A stretch of DNA of 64,000 nucleotides, taken from Thermoanaerobaculia bacterium (GTDB lineage: Bacteria > Acidobacteriota > Thermoanaerobaculia > UBA5066). Positions 34,188 through 43,984 of this stretch are shown here, one piece after another. Both the position numbers and the translations under genes were made by a program. Numbering within the stretch: the first letter of the stretch is position 1; every line of letters begins with the position of its first letter. The stretch is from contig CAVRAY010000002.1 in assembly GCA_963719225.1 (NCBI GenBank), positions 128,001 to 192,000 on the forward strand. Direction: 5' to 3'. The notes beneath the pieces are model-generated. The model was not told the origin of the DNA. It worked only from the letters and a program-made list of their open reading frames with translations, and did not search any database.

Positions 34188-35867
34188 TCAGTCGGCCGGG
34201 AAGCTCGCGATCGCGGACCCCGAAGCCCCCGTCTTCAGCTCCTCGACGAAGACCGAGTAGTTCTTCGCGGCGGTCGGCCAATCGATCGGCGCCGTGTAGA
34301 TCCACACGTCCCCGTGAAGCGTCGATTTTTCGAGCGGCTTCTGGTCGTGATGGACGAACGGAACCGTCTTCGGCTCCCACACGGCGACCGTGACGCGCAT
34401 CTCGCCCGAGCCGATCTTCTCGAGAACGTGCGGCAGATCCCCGAGCTTCACGCGCACTTCCAGGCGCCCCGAGCGCCTCTTTTTGCTCTTCTTCGAGTCG
34501 GCCGTGTCGATCTTCAAGGCGATCGGCAGGTCTCCCCCGGAGCCCCGGGCGAGAAGCGCGTCGAGCGCCCGTGTGCCCGCGACCTCAGCGGGCGTACCGG
34601 CCGACACGACGCGCGCGGTCCGCACGACGACGTCCTTCGACCGCGACCTGACCTTCAGGCGGTGCACCTTGCCGTCCGGCGGCCGGTCGACCTGGTACGT
34701 GAAGACCCAAAGGTCCGAGAGGCGGTCCAGGGCGCTCTCGATCTTGCCGACGTTCGAGATGACCTCGCCGCCGGTCACGTCCGCATACGTTTCCATCGGA
34801 TCCATCGGATGCTCGAGGGCGACCCGCCCGATGACCATCTGGCCAGGCCTCGTGTACCGCGTCCCGGGCGTGTAGCCGCCCACGGTGTCGGCGCTGCTCA
34901 TGCTCTGGGCGGAGGCCGAGGTGTAGCCCCGGAGGGAGAACGGCATCACGATCCAGCCCCGCGCCGCGAGGAGCGCCGAGATCGTGTCGACCATCGGCGA
35001 CGTGGACGTGGGCAGGAGCTGGCCGAGGAACGCCGAGGGGGTGATCTCCACGAATCCTCCCGGGCCGACCGCGGCTGTTTCGCGCGCGAAGTCCTCGCGC
35101 TGGCTCTCGCCGTAGAAATCCGCCGCCAGGTCGAAGCCGTCGCTCACGAGATAGAGGACGCCGGGCGCGCCCTGGCGCGTGTTCGCCCAGCCGGCGAGGC
35201 GGCCGAGCGTCGTCCTCAGGAGGAGCTTCTCCTCGTCCATCAAGAGCGCATTCCCGAAATTCGGCGTGCCCCCCGCTCCCTGAGCGGCCTGGGTTCTCAG
35301 GCGGACGACCATGTCGCGGCCGACGACGCCGACGGAGAGCCGCTCGAGCGCGTCCTGAGCCGTGGGGATGTCGTCCGTCGCGGCGAGAAAGACCTTGGGC
35401 TGGGGATCGGCGACGACGATCTCCACGGGTCCGAGCTTCAGGAACCGGTCGATACGTCCCTTCAGGCTGCGCACCGTGACGAGCACCGAATCGCGCTTGA
35501 GAAAGGCCGTGTCGAAGTAGAAGACCTGCGGCAGGCGCTTGAGCGGCGTTGCCGCGGGCTGCGCCGGCGCCGCCGCCGCGCGCGCCGCCTCTTCGAGCTT
35601 CTCCGGCGGCGGAACGTGCCTCGCTCCGGCGTGGTCGAAGACCGGATCGATTCCGAGGAGCGTCGTGGCGAGACCGTCCTCGAAGACCTCGAAGTCCGAG
35701 GGGACGGGCTGGACGCGGAGCGCCTTCCCCGACTTGTCCGTGAGGACCACCTTCACGGTCCGGACGAGAACGCTCTCCTTCGCGGTCACGCGCGGAGCGG
35801 GAGTCTCCTGGGCGGCGGCCGTCGCGGCCAGGAGAACGAGAGCAAATGCGGATCCAACGGGCCTCAT
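34188..35867 (-). CDS. Exported VWA-like (acidobacterial VWFA-related) domain protein
   Basis: Signal peptide; VKVVLTDKSGK...DFEVFEDG; YLVSDGFD; ADVTGGEV; DGKVHRLKVRSRSKDVVVR. Confidence 0.78.
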   Translation of the reverse strand: MRPVGSAFALVLLAATAAAQETPAPRVTAKESVLVRTVKVVLTDKSGKALRVQPVPSDFEVFEDGLATTLLGIDPVFDHAGARHVPPPEKLEEAARAAAAPAQPAATPLKRLPQVFYFDTAFLKRDSVLVTVRSLKGRIDRFLKLGPVEIVVADPQPKVFLAATDDIPTAQDALERLSVGVVGRDMVVRLRTQAAQGAGGTPNFGNALLMDEEKLLLRTTLGRLAGWANTRQGAPGVLYLVSDGFDLAADFYGESQREDFARETAAVGPGGFVEITPSAFLGQLLPTSTSPMVDTISALLAARGWIVMPFSLRGYTSASAQSMSSADTVGGYTPGTRYTRPGQMVIGRVALEHPMDPMETYADVTGGEVISNVGKIESALDRLSDLWVFTYQVDRPPDGKVHRLKVRSRSKDVVVRTARVVSAGTPAEVAGTRALDALLARGSGGDLPIALKIDTADSKKSKKRRSGRLEVRVKLGDLPHVLEKIGSGEMRVTVAVWEPKTVPFVHHDQKPLEKSTLHGDVWIYTAPIDWPTAAKNYSVFVEELKTGASGSAIASFPAD

Positions 35868-35946
35868 CGGCCACCTCCAGGGGACGTTTCCTCCCCACCT
35901 CTGCAAGCGCGCTGCCGCGCGGGCGCGGAGAGCGCGGAGATCCGGG

Positions 35947-36387
35947 TCAGACGGGCTTCGGCGTCACGGTGAGCGCGAGCGACGCTTTCACCGCCTTGGA
36001 GACGATGCAGTACTTCTCGGCGAGCGAGAGAGTTTTCTCGACGTCCGCCCGCCGCGATTCCCAGAGCGCCGCCGGCACGTGCGCAGCAAGGTCGATCTTC
36101 GTGACGCGGAAGCCCCCCGCCGGGTCCTTGTCGAGCTCGCACGAGCCGTCGAGGGCCGGTTTCTCGATCGGGACCTGGAGCTTCGCGAGAAAAATCGCCC
36201 ACGTCTGGATGAAGCACGCCGAGACGGCCGCGAGGAGCAGCTCCTCGGGATTCGGCGCCCCGTTCTCTCCGCCGAGGGACCTGGCGCCGGCGTGCGCGAT
36301 GTTCAGGCTGCTGTCTTCAGTCGCAAGCGTCCCCCGCTTCCCGGAAGGATCCCAGGTTGCGGCGATCGTGAAAACCTGTTCGGACAT
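35947..36387 (-). CDS. OsmC/Ohr family protein
   Basis: NPEELLLAAVSACF and AEKYCIVS Cys motifs. Confidence 0.88.
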   Translation of the reverse strand: MSEQVFTIAATWDPSGKRGTLATEDSSLNIAHAGARSLGGENGAPNPEELLLAAVSACFIQTWAIFLAKLQVPIEKPALDGSCELDKDPAGGFRVTKIDLAAHVPAALWESRRADVEKTLSLAEKYCIVSKAVKASLALTVTPKPV

Positions 36388-36405
36388 GAAGTGCTCTCTT
36401 TCTTC

Positions 36406-37785
36406 TCAGCTCCGGATCACGAGGAGCCGGGGCTCCGTGTACTCCTCCATCGCGTAGGCCGGTCCTTCGCGCCCGGAGCCCGATTCCTTCACGCCGCCGT
36501 ACGGCATGCGGTCCGCGCGCCAGGTCGGGACGTCGTTCGCGAGGACCGCCCCCACCTCGAGGACGTCGAAAGCGCGCTGGATGCGCGCGAGGTCCCGCGT
36601 GAAGACGCCCGCCTGCAGCCCGTACCTCGAGTCGTTCACGCGCCGGAGCGCCTCCTCGAAGTCGTCGTACGCGTTGAGCGTGACGACGGGGGCAAAGACC
36701 TCCTGCGCCTCGACCTTCATCGAGGGCGTCGTGTTCGCGAGGATCACGGGCGAGAGACAGTCTCCGACGCGCGTCCCTCCACGGAGCGACGTGGCGCCGG
36801 CCGCCACGGCCTCGGCGATCCAGGCCTCGACGCGCGCGGCCTCCGAGGGCGCGATCATGGGACCGACGTCCGTCCTTTCGTCGAGAGGGTCGCCCACGAC
36901 GAGCGACGCCGTCGCGGCGAGCAGCTTCTCGCGGAAGGCCTCGAGAGCGGGCCGGTGGACGAGCGCGCGCTGGACCGAGATACAGGACTGGCCCGCGTAC
37001 GAGAACGCGCCCGACGCCGTGCGCCGCGCCGCGTCGTCGAGGTCCGCGTCCGAATGGACGACGACGGCGGCGTTTCCGCCCAGCTCGAGGGCGACGCGTT
37101 TTTTCGGCACGAGGGATTTCAGGCGCCAGCCGACGGCGCCCGAGCCCGTGAAGGAGACGACGGGGAGGCGTGGATCCAGAACGAGCGATTCGGCCGCGGC
37201 GCCCGAGATCGGGAGGATGGCGTACGCGTCCTTGGGCCAGCCGGCTTCGAGCACGATCTCCCGCAGGTGGAGCGCCGAGAGCGGCGTCTTGGAGGCGGGC
37301 TTCTGGACGACCGGAGCGCCTACGGCGATCGCCGGCGCGACTTTGTGCGACGTGAGGTTCAGCGGGAAGTTGAAGGGAGTGATGGCGAGGACGGGTCCCA
37401 GCGGCACGCGCTTCACGACCCCCCAGCGGCCGAGAGAAGCCGCGTTCACGTCGAGCGGCAGCATCTCCCCTTTTTGGGCCTCGAGCGCCGCGGCCGTCGC
37501 CGAGAACGTCGCGACCGCGCGTTCGGCTTCGGTCCGCGCGGCTTTCATCGGCTTGCCGGCCTCGGCCGCGATCGTCCGCGCCAGCTCGTCCCGGCGCCGC
37601 TCGAGCTCGGACGCGACCTTTCTCAGGATCGCGACGCGCGTGAAGGTCGGAATCACGCGGGTCTTCTCGAAGACCGAGACGGAGGCGCGGACGGCGGCTT
37701 CGATGTCTCCGGCGGAGGGCGACGGGATCCGCGCGAGCTCCGCCCCGCCGAACGGGGAAGTGACGACGAGCTCTTCGACGGTCAT
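36406..37785 (-). CDS. Aldehyde dehydrogenase family protein
   Basis: ITPFNFPLN, SFTGS, LELGGN, GQSCIS, EVFAPV, PYGGVKESGSGREG; ATGA overlap with the upstream gene. Confidence 0.92.
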   Translation of the reverse strand: MTVEELVVTSPFGGAELARIPSPSAGDIEAAVRASVSVFEKTRVIPTFTRVAILRKVASELERRRDELARTIAAEAGKPMKAARTEAERAVATFSATAAALEAQKGEMLPLDVNAASLGRWGVVKRVPLGPVLAITPFNFPLNLTSHKVAPAIAVGAPVVQKPASKTPLSALHLREIVLEAGWPKDAYAILPISGAAAESLVLDPRLPVVSFTGSGAVGWRLKSLVPKKRVALELGGNAAVVVHSDADLDDAARRTASGAFSYAGQSCISVQRALVHRPALEAFREKLLAATASLVVGDPLDERTDVGPMIAPSEAARVEAWIAEAVAAGATSLRGGTRVGDCLSPVILANTTPSMKVEAQEVFAPVVTLNAYDDFEEALRRVNDSRYGLQAGVFTRDLARIQRAFDVLEVGAVLANDVPTWRADRMPYGGVKESGSGREGPAYAMEEYTEPRLLVIRS

Positions 37786-39131
37786 TCCTTTTCCTCCTTG
37801 AGAGCGTCCGGATTCCAGCCCTTTGGAGCCGTCCACGCCCGCGCCGAGAAGAGCGCGGAGAGGGCGCGCCCGACCAGCGGGCTTCTCGTCCGGGCCCAGA
37901 AAGCGTCCACGACGCGCGCCACCTCGGCCGGAGCGGAGGCCGGCGCCGCGAGACGCGCGAGCGAGAGCAGTCCGGCGGGCGCTTCGCTTCTGACTCTCTC
38001 CCAGGGCTCCCCGAGCGCGGCTTCCTCCGCGGGCGAAAGCGGCGTCACGCCGGAGAGGGAAAGCCGTCCGGAGACGACGGCGAAGAGGAGCGGCAGGTCG
38101 CGAAGGACGGGAACGGCCGTCTCGAACTTGAACGTCGTGAACGGCGCGCGGGAACCGTCCCGCGCGTTTCCGAGAAGCGTGACGGGACGCGTCGCATGGC
38201 CCGCGTTCGCGATGGCGCTCCAGACGGCGGCCACGGGCCAGAGCGGAAGGGAGAGGGCGAGAGCGACGAGCCCGAGTCCCCGGCTCGACGCCGAGGACGG
38301 CTTCTTCGGGGCGGAAGGCAGCCGATCCGTCAAGAAGCTCGTCGTGTCCGAAGCCGCATCCACGACGAGGTTGCCCGAGACGAGGACCCTCTCGAGGGCG
38401 ACGCCGGGCGGAATCGCCGTGCGCGGCAGGACGCTCACCGCCGAAAGCCGCGCGCCGGAAAGGACGACGGCTTCCTCGGCCACCGTGGTTCCTTCGAGGA
38501 GCGCCGCGGACCCCTCGACGGTCGCGCGTTCCGAGATCGCGGGAGCGGCGCCCGCGGCCGTGCGGTCGGCCTTGTCGTACGACGCGGCGTCGGCGAGAAG
38601 GATCGGCCCCTCCGAGAGCGCGAGAGCCGCGAAATCAGGATCCTTCACCCACTCCGCCGAGCCAGGCTCTCTCGGAAAATCCTTTTTCTTGAGCGCTCCG
38701 GGCAGGAGCCGCCAGAGTCCCGCGGGGCGGCCGCCGAGGAGCCCCGCGACCACGGGGCCGCGCACGTCGTCCACCCTGGCGAGGAACTCGCCGATGAGGG
38801 CGTGGGCACCGACGTCGCCGCGCACGACGACCGTCTCGCCGTCGAGCCGCGGCTCGAGACGCCGCAGCACGTCGCCGGGAGTCTCGTCGTCCTCGCGTCG
38901 CACGATCTCGAGCGCGATGCCCCACCGGATGCCCTTGCCGAAGCGGCGCTCGATCTCCCCCGCCCGCGGGCCGACGACGAGGAGAGCCGACCGCCGCCCG
39001 GCGCGGACGAGCGCCTCGAGCGCGTGCTCGAGCGCGGGGATCCCGCCGAGCGGCAGGAGCGCGGGGACGGTGCGCCCGCCGAGAGCGCCGAAAGAGGAGC
39101 CGTCGCGGTCGGCGAAGAGGACAGTCGTCAT
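37782..39131 (-). CDS. Degenerate NTP-transferase-like / hexapeptide / sugar-transferase-like fusion protein
   Basis: PALLPLGGIPALEH...GKGIRWGIAL (nucleotidyltransferase fold, lacking GxGTR); short LbH-like stretch; ALSLPLWP and RDLPLLFAVVSGRLSLSGVTP (Bac_transf-like). Confidence 0.65.
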   Translation of the reverse strand: MTTVLFADRDGSSFGALGGRTVPALLPLGGIPALEHALEALVRAGRRSALLVVGPRAGEIERRFGKGIRWGIALEIVRREDDETPGDVLRRLEPRLDGETVVVRGDVGAHALIGEFLARVDDVRGPVVAGLLGGRPAGLWRLLPGALKKKDFPREPGSAEWVKDPDFAALALSEGPILLADAASYDKADRTAAGAAPAISERATVEGSAALLEGTTVAEEAVVLSGARLSAVSVLPRTAIPPGVALERVLVSGNLVVDAASDTTSFLTDRLPSAPKKPSSASSRGLGLVALALSLPLWPVAAVWSAIANAGHATRPVTLLGNARDGSRAPFTTFKFETAVPVLRDLPLLFAVVSGRLSLSGVTPLSPAEEAALGEPWERVRSEAPAGLLSLARLAAPASAPAEVARVVDAFWARTRSPLVGRALSALFSARAWTAPKGWNPDALKEEKE

Positions 39132-39141
39132 CGGGAGGGGA

Positions 39142-40701
39142 TTATGGGACGAAGACGGCGAGGCCGGTGACGCGGCCGGCGCGGGCGTTCACGTCGGCCG
39201 TGATCTCGCGCGTGTGCTCCTTGAGCCACGCTCTGACGTCGGGAGGAGGAACGCTCTCGTTCGTCCGGTAGGCCCAGCAGCGCACGCGGCCGGCGCGCGC
39301 CTCGTCCTCGATCGCGGAGACCGAAGTCACGCCGTCCCAGGAGAGGCCCGTCTTGAAGAGGCGAAACTCCAGCCCTTCGGGCTCGGCCGCCCGAAACGAC
39401 GGAACCGCGGGCGGCAGGGGCGCCAGAGCGGGAGCGATCTGATCCGCGAGCTCGCGCGCACCCGTCCTGTGCGTGAGGAGATCATGACGAATCTGGCGCG
39501 CGGCCTCGATCCCTCCCCATGCGAGGAGGGCGACGAGGACGCCCCTCGTGAGGCGGCCCGCGAAAGGCGAGGTCCTGTTCTTCACCGCGAGCAACAGCCA
39601 CGTCCCTCCCAGCCCCGTGAACGCGGCGAGGGCCGGCATCACGGGGATCGACGAGAGCCGGTACCGACCCGCCACCGCGACGAGGATGAGGAGCTCCACG
39701 ACGTAGGCTCCCCAGAGGACGCCGTGCGCGAGACGGCGATCGCCTCCCGTCGCTCCCGACGCGATCTCCGACTCCCCCACGGGACGCCCGAGGAAGACGA
39801 CCCCGAGGACCGCCAGCGGCAGGAAGAAGAAGAGCGACCGCACGAGCGTGAGGACGTCGACGCCGAATGCCGTCGGGAGCACCGCCGCGCGCGACGCGGC
39901 CTCGGACGCGCCGAACGCGGTCGCGAGCTCGAAACCGAAGGACGCGCGCCGGAAGAGAAATACGGCCAGGAGATGCGAGAAACCCACGAGTACGAAGGCG
40001 GAGGCGAGGAACGCGAGCGCGCGCTTCGTCCGTCCCAGCCCGAACAGGCGGGGCCGCGCGCCGAGTGCGAGAAGGAGCGGGATGAGGTAGAGGCCGACGG
40101 CGTAGCCCTTCGCGAGGAAGCCGAGGCCGAAGAAGGCGCCCGCGATCGCGCCCTCGAAGGGGATGTCCTCCTCGAAGGCCCTGAGGCCGAAGATGATGCC
40201 GGCGAGGCCGAGCATCACGAGCGTGGGCTCCACGGTCGCGGCTCGCGACGCGGCCACGAGCGGAGGAAACAGCGCCGCGAACGCGCCCGCGAGATGTCCG
40301 GCCGGCTGGCCCCAGCCGCGCCGGATCACGCGCTCGAGGAGGAGCGCGCCCAGAAGACCGAGGATCGCCGACGGCAGCCTCACCGTCCATTCCTCCGGCC
40401 CGAAGACGCGCAGCATCACGGAGAGGACCCACGGAAAGAGGATCGGCGTCCCTCCGGGTGGTCCCAGAGGAGTCTCCGAGAGACCGAGGAGCTGCCCCGT
40501 TCCGCCCACGACGAGGTTCTGCGCGCCGATGGCCCAGCGGCCCTCGTCGGCGCCGAAGAGGTCCGGCTGGCCGAGCAGCACGAGCCTCAGCAGGGCGCCG
40601 GCCGCGAGCGCGGCCGCGAAGAGGATCCGCCCGGACGCTTCCGGATCGTCTGAAGATGGCCCGGACGTCACGGCCGGGGAGTATACGGAGGCGCCGGGCA
40701 C
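39142..40701 (-). CDS. ArnT/PMT-family (GT83/GT39-like) membrane glycosyltransferase
   Basis: ADEGRW, PILFPW, FGPEEWTVRLPSA, GLGFLAKG; many TM helices. Exact start uncertain. Confidence 0.82.
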   Translation of the reverse strand: MPGASVYSPAVTSGPSSDDPEASGRILFAAALAAGALLRLVLLGQPDLFGADEGRWAIGAQNLVVGGTGQLLGLSETPLGPPGGTPILFPWVLSVMLRVFGPEEWTVRLPSAILGLLGALLLERVIRRGWGQPAGHLAGAFAALFPPLVAASRAATVEPTLVMLGLAGIIFGLRAFEEDIPFEGAIAGAFFGLGFLAKGYAVGLYLIPLLLALGARPRLFGLGRTKRALAFLASAFVLVGFSHLLAVFLFRRASFGFELATAFGASEAASRAAVLPTAFGVDVLTLVRSLFFFLPLAVLGVVFLGRPVGESEIASGATGGDRRLAHGVLWGAYVVELLILVAVAGRYRLSSIPVMPALAAFTGLGGTWLLLAVKNRTSPFAGRLTRGVLVALLAWGGIEAARQIRHDLLTHRTGARELADQIAPALAPLPPAVPSFRAAEPEGLEFRLFKTGLSWDGVTSVSAIEDEARAGRVRCWAYRTNESVPPPDVRAWLKEHTREITADVNARAGRVTGLAVFVP

Positions 40702-40729
40702 GAGGTCTCGGGTTCATACTGAGGAGACG

Positions 40730-41590
40730 ATGACGGCCCCGGAAGAGCCTCGCCTCAGCGTCACGCTCATCGCCCGCGACGAGGAAGACCGCCTCCCGGA
40801 AGCTCTCGCCTCGGTGGCCTTCGCCCACGAGCGCATCGTCGTCGTGGACGCCGCGTCGACCGATCGCACCGAGAAGGTCGCCCGCCAGTCGGGCGCCCGC
40901 GTCCTCGTGCGGCCGTTCGACGGCTTCGGCCGGCAGAAGAACGCGGCGGCCGCGCTCGCGACGAACCGCTGGATCCTCTCGATCGACGCCGACGAGATCG
41001 TCACGCCGAAGCTCGCCCTCGAGATCCGCTCCGCTCTCGCCGCGGCCGCTTCGGATCCGTCTCCGCCCGCCGCCTACCGCGTGCCCATCCGGCTCGAGTT
41101 CCTCGGACGCGAGCTTCTCTTCGGGCGCGACACGGTCGTGAGGCCCGCCCGTCTCTACGACCGGATGCGGGCCCGATTCTCCGACGATCCGATTCACGAA
41201 AAGATCCTCGCCACGGGTCCGGTCGAATCGCTCGACGAGACCGTCCTTCACCGCTCCTACCGCGACCTCGCCCACTATCTCGAGAAGCTCGACCGTTACA
41301 CGACGCTGGCGGCCGAGGCGAAGTGGGCCGCCGGGAAGGGGGGCGGCGGCTTCCTGCCCGCGCGCGTCCTCTGGGAGTTCTTCGACCGTGCTTTCCTGCG
41401 TCTCGGCTTCCTCGACGGCTCGGCCGGGCTCACGTTCGCGGCCCTCTCGTCCACGAACACCCTGCTGAAATATCTCAAGCTGCGCGAGCTCGAGCGGGCC
41501 ATCGCGCTCGGCGAGCGCCTGCCTCCGGAGGACGCGCGGATCGAGGACACCGCGACGATCCGGATCCGCGCGCTCCTCAGGGCACGCTGA
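40730..41590 (+). CDS. Glycosyltransferase family 2 (WaaE/KdtX-like)
   Basis: LSVTLIARDEE, VVDAASTDRT, GFGRQKN, WILSIDADE, IHE, KLDRYTTLAA, LGFLDG; SD GAGGAG. Confidence 0.9.
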   Translation: MTAPEEPRLSVTLIARDEEDRLPEALASVAFAHERIVVVDAASTDRTEKVARQSGARVLVRPFDGFGRQKNAAAALATNRWILSIDADEIVTPKLALEIRSALAAAASDPSPPAAYRVPIRLEFLGRELLFGRDTVVRPARLYDRMRARFSDDPIHEKILATGPVESLDETVLHRSYRDLAHYLEKLDRYTTLAAEAKWAAGKGGGGFLPARVLWEFFDRAFLRLGFLDGSAGLTFAALSSTNTLLKYLKLRELERAIALGERLPPEDARIEDTATIRIRALLRAR

Positions 41591-41603
41591 CGGCGACAGC
41601 GGC

Positions 41604-42386
41604 GTGAGCGGCGCTCTCCTCGCGGCTGGCCTGGGCGCGGCGGGGCTGGGCTTCTCCCTCCGCTACACCTGGTGGCGAAAGAAGCGCCCGGGGACGCCGA
41701 TTCTGATGTACCACCAGGTCGGAAACCACCGCTCCGGCTCGCCGCTGAACAGGTGGCGCGTGACGGAAGAGGACTTCGCCTGGCAGCTCGACGCTCTCCT
41801 GCGCCGCAGCACCCGGGGGATCTCGCTCCGGGAGCTTCTCGAGGCGCCTTCCTCCGCCGGCCGGCGGGCCGTCCTCACGTTCGACGACGGCTACCGTGGG
41901 ATCGTGACGCGCGCGCTGCCCGCCCTCCTCGCGCGCGGATTCAAAGCGACGGTCTTCGTGGTCTCGGACAAGCTCGGCGGGACGAACGACTGGGACAGAG
42001 AGACCCAGGGAGAGGAGCTCCTCTCGGCGGACGAGATCCGCGAGCTTCACGCGAAAGGCCTCGAGATCGGCTCTCACGGCGCCACGCATCGTGCCCTCAC
42101 CCGGCTCTCCGACGGCGAGCTTTCCCGGGAGATCGAAGGGAGCCGCGAGACGCTCGAACGCCTCGTCGGCGCCCCGGTCACGTCCTTCTGCTATCCCTTC
42201 GGCGACTTCGACGACCGCGTCGTCGAGGCCGTGCGGAAGGCGGGATATCGCGCGGCCACCGTCATCCGCGGCGGCATTTCGATAGATCTGTCCGATCCCT
42301 TCCGGCTGAAACGCATCGCCGTGCGCGGCACGAACACGCGCCTCGACTTCACGCTCGCGCTCACGCGCGGGAGGTCGAGGCTGTAG
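41604..42386 (+). CDS. Polysaccharide deacetylase (CE4/NodB)
   Basis: PILMYHQV, LTFDDGY, EIGSHGATH, FCYPFG. Confidence 0.9.
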   Translation: MSGALLAAGLGAAGLGFSLRYTWWRKKRPGTPILMYHQVGNHRSGSPLNRWRVTEEDFAWQLDALLRRSTRGISLRELLEAPSSAGRRAVLTFDDGYRGIVTRALPALLARGFKATVFVVSDKLGGTNDWDRETQGEELLSADEIRELHAKGLEIGSHGATHRALTRLSDGELSREIEGSRETLERLVGAPVTSFCYPFGDFDDRVVEAVRKAGYRAATVIRGGISIDLSDPFRLKRIAVRGTNTRLDFTLALTRGRSRL

Positions 42387-42433
42387 GCTGCGGCGAAGCC
42401 TCGCGCGTCATAGCATCCGCGCACTTTCGAGCC

Positions 42434-43972
42434 ATGCCAGGACGCCGACCGTTCTTCCGCGCCGGGGACCTGAACGCGTTCTTCGCGCTCATGTTCGACA
42501 ACGTGGCGAATCTCGTCATCCTCGCGACGATCCTGATCGGCGCCTTCCATTTTCCCCGGGAGATCGTGCTCGAGCGCATGGTGCCGGGCACCGCGATCGG
42601 CGTCCTCCTCGGGGATCTCGTCTACGCATACCTCGCGCGCCGGCTCGCGCACCGAACCGGCCGCGACGACGTGACCGCGATGCCGCTGGGACTCAACGCC
42701 CCGAGCGTCTTCGGAATGTCCTTCGCCGTCCTCGGGCCGGCCTATCTCGCGACGGGCGACGCGGTCCTCTCCTGGAAGATGGGCATGGCCGTGACGGTTC
42801 TCGTCGGCCTCTTCAAGACAGGCCTTTCGTTCTTCGGCAACGCCGTCCGCTCCGTCCTTCCGCGGGCGGCCCTGCTCGGCTCGATCGGCGGAGCGGGGAT
42901 CGCGCTCATCGGGCTCCTTCCGCTCCTCAAGGTCTTCGCCGATCCGATCGTGGGCTTCGTCGGGCTCGGCGTCATCCTTGTCACGCTCTTCGGCCGGGTG
43001 CGGCTGCCGGGAGGCCTGCCGGGAGCGTTCATCTCGGTGATCGCCGCCGTCGCCGTCTCGTGGGCGCTCACCGCCGCCGGCTTTCACAGTCCGCTCCTCG
43101 CGCCGGTCGTCCACGCGCCCGCGCCGCTCCACCTCTCCGTCCCCTGGCCGAGCCTCGCGTTCCTGGGCGGGCTGTCTCTCGCATGGGTGTACCTCCCGAT
43201 CGCGCTCCCGTTCGCGCTCTCGACGATCGTCGGCGGAATCGACAACACGGAGAGCGCGGCCGCCGCGGGCGACGAGTACGACACGCGCGCAATCCTCGCG
43301 ACCGAGGGACTCTGCACGGTGGCGGCCGGGCTCTGCGGCGGCGTCGTCGAGTCGACGCCGTACATCGGGCACCCGGCCTACAAGAAGATGGGAGCGGGAG
43401 CGGGCTATGCCGTCGCGACCGGGCTCTTCGTCGGGCTCGGCGGAATCCTCGGATATCTGCCGCTCCTCGTCGACTGGATCCCCGCCGCCGCCGTCGCGCC
43501 GATCCTGATCTACATCGGCATCGAGGTTCTGGCGCAGGCGTTCACGGCGACTCCGTCGCGCCACGCGGCCGCCGCCGCGATCGCCACGCTGCCGTCTCTC
43601 GCATTCGTCGCAGCGCTCCAAGCGCGCGCGCTGCTGCCCCCGGGCGCCGCCTCACCCGGCGGCGAGACCGGCGAGACGCTGCGCGCGTTGACGCTGTTGG
43701 GAAACGGCTTCGTCATCACCGCGGTGATCTGGGGCGCCGCGACCGCGGATCTCGTCGACCGCCGCTTCTTCCGGAGCGCGCTCGCTTTCTTCGCCGGATC
43801 TCTGCTCTGCCTCTTCGGCGTGATCCATTCCTCGACGCCGACCGGCACTCTCTTCTGGCCGTGGCGCGCCGGGTCCGACGTCCCTTACCACTTCGCCGCG
43901 GCTTATTCCGCCCTCGCCCTCATCGTCCTGTTCGCGGCGCGCGGCCGGGAGGAAGACCGCGTGACTTCCTGA
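42434..43972 (+). CDS. NCS2/AzgA-like nucleobase permease family membrane protein
   Basis: GDLNAFFALMFDN, VTAMPLGL, ESAAAAGDEY, PYIGHPAYKKMGA; many TM helices. Confidence 0.8.
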   Translation: MPGRRPFFRAGDLNAFFALMFDNVANLVILATILIGAFHFPREIVLERMVPGTAIGVLLGDLVYAYLARRLAHRTGRDDVTAMPLGLNAPSVFGMSFAVLGPAYLATGDAVLSWKMGMAVTVLVGLFKTGLSFFGNAVRSVLPRAALLGSIGGAGIALIGLLPLLKVFADPIVGFVGLGVILVTLFGRVRLPGGLPGAFISVIAAVAVSWALTAAGFHSPLLAPVVHAPAPLHLSVPWPSLAFLGGLSLAWVYLPIALPFALSTIVGGIDNTESAAAAGDEYDTRAILATEGLCTVAAGLCGGVVESTPYIGHPAYKKMGAGAGYAVATGLFVGLGGILGYLPLLVDWIPAAAVAPILIYIGIEVLAQAFTATPSRHAAAAAIATLPSLAFVAALQARALLPPGAASPGGETGETLRALTLLGNGFVITAVIWGAATADLVDRRFFRSALAFFAGSLLCLFGVIHSSTPTGTLFWPWRAGSDVPYHFAAAYSALALIVLFAARGREEDRVTS

Positions 43973-43984
43973 GTCACCGCCCCC

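Noticed and set aside
35539-40653. 1704-aa plus-strand ORF and other long overlapping ORFs (e.g. 28268-30865, 33498-35972, 30531-32549, 58042-59973)
   Set aside because: Arg/Ala/Pro-rich shadow frames opposite or overlapping clearly recognisable genes. These are expected in high-GC DNA where stop codons are scarce.
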